From Antechinus flavipes (lineage: Eukaryota), in contig NC_067398.1 in assembly GCF_016432865.1 (NCBI RefSeq), forward strand, positions 553,350,001 through 553,414,000: a stretch of DNA of 64,000 bases. The letters are read 5' to 3'. The position numbers and the translations under genes are program-made. Each line of letters opens with the position of its first letter. Position 1 is the stretch's first letter. The notes under the pieces are model-generated. The model ran no database searches. It saw only the letters and a program-made list of their open reading frames with translations, and had not been told where the DNA came from. Shown here piece after piece: positions 60,414-64,000 of the stretch.

Positions 60414-61997
60414 AAAAATAAAAAGGCAGGGAAAGACTGGCCAAAAGATCCACACTGAAGAAAAGACCACAACTATTGTTTTTTTTTCATGAAGAGCTAG
60501 GGTTTGGGTATCAAAGATTCTTTGCCAATCAGTGGAACCAAAAGGCAGGAGGAGATTATATCCAGATTGGAAAAGTAAGTCAATATCAGAATATCATAAC
60601 TTTCAAAGGATAGGCAGATCCAGAACAATCAATCAACAATTATTTATTAATAGCTATATTGATATTATGGTATAGTTAATAGACTAAAATTTCAAAACCA
60701 AAAATAAAAATATACACATACAATAAGTTAATAGTAAATGTTTATTGACTGCCCTCAAAGAGCTTACATTTGATTAGTGTAAATAACTTGTATATATATG
60801 TTAATATAAATATTTTTATTAGTAATAAATTTTATCTTTTGATAAGAATAATTTTACTATCAAAGTAAGCCAATGATGTTAAAGAAGTATTTTCATTAAG
60901 AAAATTCTATTTCTTGAGATATCTTTAGGTCATCTCAGAATCCATATCAGCACCTTATCTGGAAACAATTTATCATACCAGATGTCAGGGGTTTTATCTT
61001 TCTAGTTGCTGTATTCTTAGAAAAGCTAATTCAATTAAATGTTGAGGTGAGAAGCCAAAGTGTAAAGGATTTGAAAGAGAGTAAAAGAAGATAAAGTGTA
61101 CAGGATAGTCCCAAAGGCTTCCCCTCTAAAGTAAAAGTGTCTTTTATTCTATTTGGGTCATGGTTTCCTCTAGTTAACCAGGTATTCCCATCTACAGAGG
61201 CTTAAACAAGAAGAATTTGTCCTAAATTAAAATTCAACTTGAACAAAGAAAAAAAGCTTCTTGACTCTCACAATAATGGGACTATTAGAAATAATTATAC
61301 AATCTTTATACCTGAAAATTTTTCAGGGTCACGATCAGATCCCAAGAGATCATAGGATCACAGATTTAGATTTGTAAGAATCTAAGGTCATCAAATTCAA
61401 TGCCCATACAAGAGTCTCAAAGAGTATATGTGACTTACCCATGATTATACAACTAGTTGACCTTGGAATTCAAACCGAAATTCCTAGACAGGGCACATAC
61501 AAAACACAAAATAGGTCATCACAGGTGATTTTACAAAGGTAAGGTCATGGAAAAGTAAATAACCAACCCATTTTAAGAGTGCGTAAATGTAAGTAAGTTC
61601 AAGATAGAATGTTCTAAGTCCATGCAAATATTAACACTCAGAAGATACTCAGGCTTTGGAGAACTATAAACTAAATGAGCTCCACTGATAGATCCTCAGA
61701 TGGCCCTATGGAAAGACATTAAAAAAAAAAAAAAAGACACACCTTACCTGCCTCCCAAGAAATGGTAGCTTGGAGGAATGTGAGTTTCCCTTTAGTGCTC
61801 CTTCCCTTACACCAGAAACATACCCATCCCTTTGGGTCAGGTTTTGGAGAGTCTCATTGTTTATATTGAAACAAGGGCTGATTCGTTGCTATGTCTCCAG
61901 GGAGCCTCAGGCCTGACTATACTTTGAGGGCTGAAGTAATAAACAGTCTTTTATGATTCCAACTCTTTCCCTGTTCTCACCTGTTTTTTCCACACAG

Positions 61998-62268
61998 TGA
62001 ATAGAGGTTGCTTGTCAGACATGATGATGGTTCAATCTGATGAGGTCCAATTTAGATGGAGGCCAATCCCCTCCAGGCCTCCTTCTGAAGGGACTGAGCT
62101 ATTTGAAATTTTTTTCCTAATACTTGAGCCTCTGAAAGCAAGCCAACAAATAGCCTGTCAGTCTGGGAAATTCAAGCGAGTCTAAATTAGCAAAGTGTTG
62201 ATCCCCAACAAAGCCTTTTTTCAGTGTGAACTAAAGTGACCAATGTGTATTTATTTTTTCCCTGAATG
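61998..62268 (+). other. Candidate non-coding/UTR spliced exon
   Basis: Acceptor 'ctctttccctgttctcacctgttttttccacacag|' and donor 'ATG|gtaaga'; no through-reading frame. Confidence 0.25.
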
Positions 62269-63844
62269 GTAAGAAAATCCACAAACAAGAAGTAATGCTC
62301 ATGGGAGAGCTGGATGGATTACAAGCTCCTAGAGGTGGTATCTTTTCTTCCTCCTCCAGGGTACAAAGCCAAGAGTCAGTCAACCCACAACGAACATGGA
62401 AGGGCAACATGGAGCTTCCCTGAAGGGGAGTTGCAAGATTTCAGGCTTTCTATTTTCCAAGCTAATAGCTGATGGATTGTTTTGTTAAGAGTTTAATTAA
62501 CTCATTACTTAGGAACCTACCACAGTAAACTAAGTATATGACAAAGAGATAGATCTCCATCACCAATTGGCAAGAGGAATGTAAATTGTGTGGCCCGGAA
62601 GATGAAAGGAATTTTCCATATGTAATTATTTAAGAGACCTCTACTTTGTTGAAGCTCAGCTTTTTATTGATGGTAGAATTGTACTTTAAAATTATAGAAT
62701 GCTAGCCAAGTAAGAAAGAGATTTTAAGGTTAGTAAAGTCAACCAATAAGTGTTTATTAACATGCTTGCTATGTACCTGTGCACTGGATATATAAAGAGA
62801 AGCAAAAAGGTCACAGTCTAATAGGGACAACCCACATGAAAACAACAATGCACAAATTATGCATAGAATTAAAAGAAATAATCAATAAAAAGGAAAAATC
62901 AATAGTCAATCAATAATCAAATGGAATAAAAAATTGGGAAAGATTTCCTATAGAAGGTAGAGCTTTATCTGAGACCATTTCCAAACTTCTCATTTCACAG
63001 GTGAAGAATCTATGACTTAGGAAAGTAATGTAAGTTTTGTAGAATATACAGGAAAGTGGGGGGGGGGGAGTCAATTCCCCAGTAATCCTTTGTATCTTTA
63101 CTTATGAAGAAGCATCAACTCCAGTTTAGGTGTATAAGTTTAAAAAACTATATATTTGCCTAGACCAATTAGAAAGTACAAGAGGAAGGAGATTGATTTA
63201 CTTCAGTAACACTGTTTTGCCTTTGATGGTTAAGGCACCTCTATTTTAGAGTAGTACTGTAAGTCCAGAGAATTGTATAGATTAATAGGAAGTATGGAAT
63301 TCTCCTAGAAAAAGTAGAGTTGTTTTGATTCCTTATGGGTCTAAGTCCTTTATTTCTTTTTGAAAATTTAATAGGTTAAATAAAACCTATTCTTTGTTTA
63401 ATTAATTTTTTAATCTGAATATTTGCCTGGGAATTGAAGAAAATTCTGATGTTCTCAGAGGAAATTTAAAAAAAAAAATTATTGAAATCATTTTAGAACT
63501 TTAGGTAGAAGCAAAATAAACCAAAATCTGATCTTCCCAGGAGAATATCAACCAAAGAAAGTTTTGTTTCTATTTTTGTTTTTTGAGAAACACCTTCAAG
63601 ATTGAGACTGATTCATATAAACAAGATATTTTACTTCTAGGCCATGATTTATATGTAAACAAGGCATTAGATTTAGTCTGCCTATAGAAAACATCTCAGG
63701 CTGGAATCTAGAACTGGAAGGGACCTCAGACATCTTTATAATCTCACAAAAGTTCATATGGCTTGTCCAATATCAGACAGCTCATGATAAAGCTGAACCA
63801 GATTTTAGATCATCATTTCTTAGTTTAATGATTTTTTTTTCCCC

Positions 63845-64000
63845 AATAGCTAGATAGTGCATAGAATAAAGTACCAAGTCTGTAGTCAAGAAAACATGAA
63901 TTCAAATTCGACCTCAGACTTTAGTTGTATGATTCTGGGCAAGTCACTCTGTCAACCTCAACTCTAAATGGGAATAAAAATACCACTTACCTCGAAAGTA
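63845..64000 (+). mobile_element. Mar/MIR CORE-SINE running to the window end
   Basis: 'agctagatagtgcatagaa..gtagtcaagaaaacatgaattcaaattcgacctcagac..ctgggcaagtcact'. Confidence 0.8.

Noticed and set aside
843-60458. ORFs containing X runs (843, 17761, 24511-24868, 33859-34242, 43585-43907, 60039)
   Set aside because: They stay open only because they cross assembly gaps.
59993-60472. 159/145/139-aa E/K-, G/R- and S/F-rich ORFs
   Set aside because: They are translations of a (CCT/CTT)n simple repeat plus an N-gap; no splice context or unique coding sequence.
1-64000. Endogenous viral element, CRISPR array, tRNA/rRNA/snRNA genes, prokaryotic operons
   Set aside because: None seen. The tRNA-like A/B boxes belong to SINE heads, and there are no regularly spaced repeats with unique spacers. 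A tBLASTn of viral proteins against the unique blocks would be needed to exclude highly decayed EVEs.

Overview
AT-rich, CpG-depleted marsupial genomic DNA, most likely a dasyurid such as the Tasmanian devil. The species call is inferred from WSINE1/Mar1-type SINEs and the L1 3' ends, not from a database hit. There are six N-gaps. The window is non-coding and looks intronic or intergenic: roughly half is decayed L1, L2, L3/CR1, MIR/Mar-type CORE-SINEs, WSINE1, hAT-Charlie-like MITEs and simple repeats. I recognise no protein-coding exon, RNA gene, CRISPR array or endogenous viral element, and the ORF track looks like chance, gap- or repeat-derived ORFs. The best second-look items are: (1) an inverted MIR pair sharing a 35/36-nt private core (1.72/2.40 kb); (2) a CpG-retaining, bZIP-palindrome-rich block at 18.7-19.4 kb holding a candidate minus-strand first coding exon with an exon-intron stem; (3) an L1 with an apparent 3' transduction (28.2-28.9 kb); (4) a promoter/first-exon-like island at about 40.0 kb; (5) a young L1 insertion with a perfect 14-bp TSD (49.2 kb); (6) a recent 261-bp locally templated duplication of an old L1 ORF1 remnant (57.8/59.1 kb). 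I found no convincing novel multi-gene system. Repeat boundaries are approximate and family names were assigned by eye.
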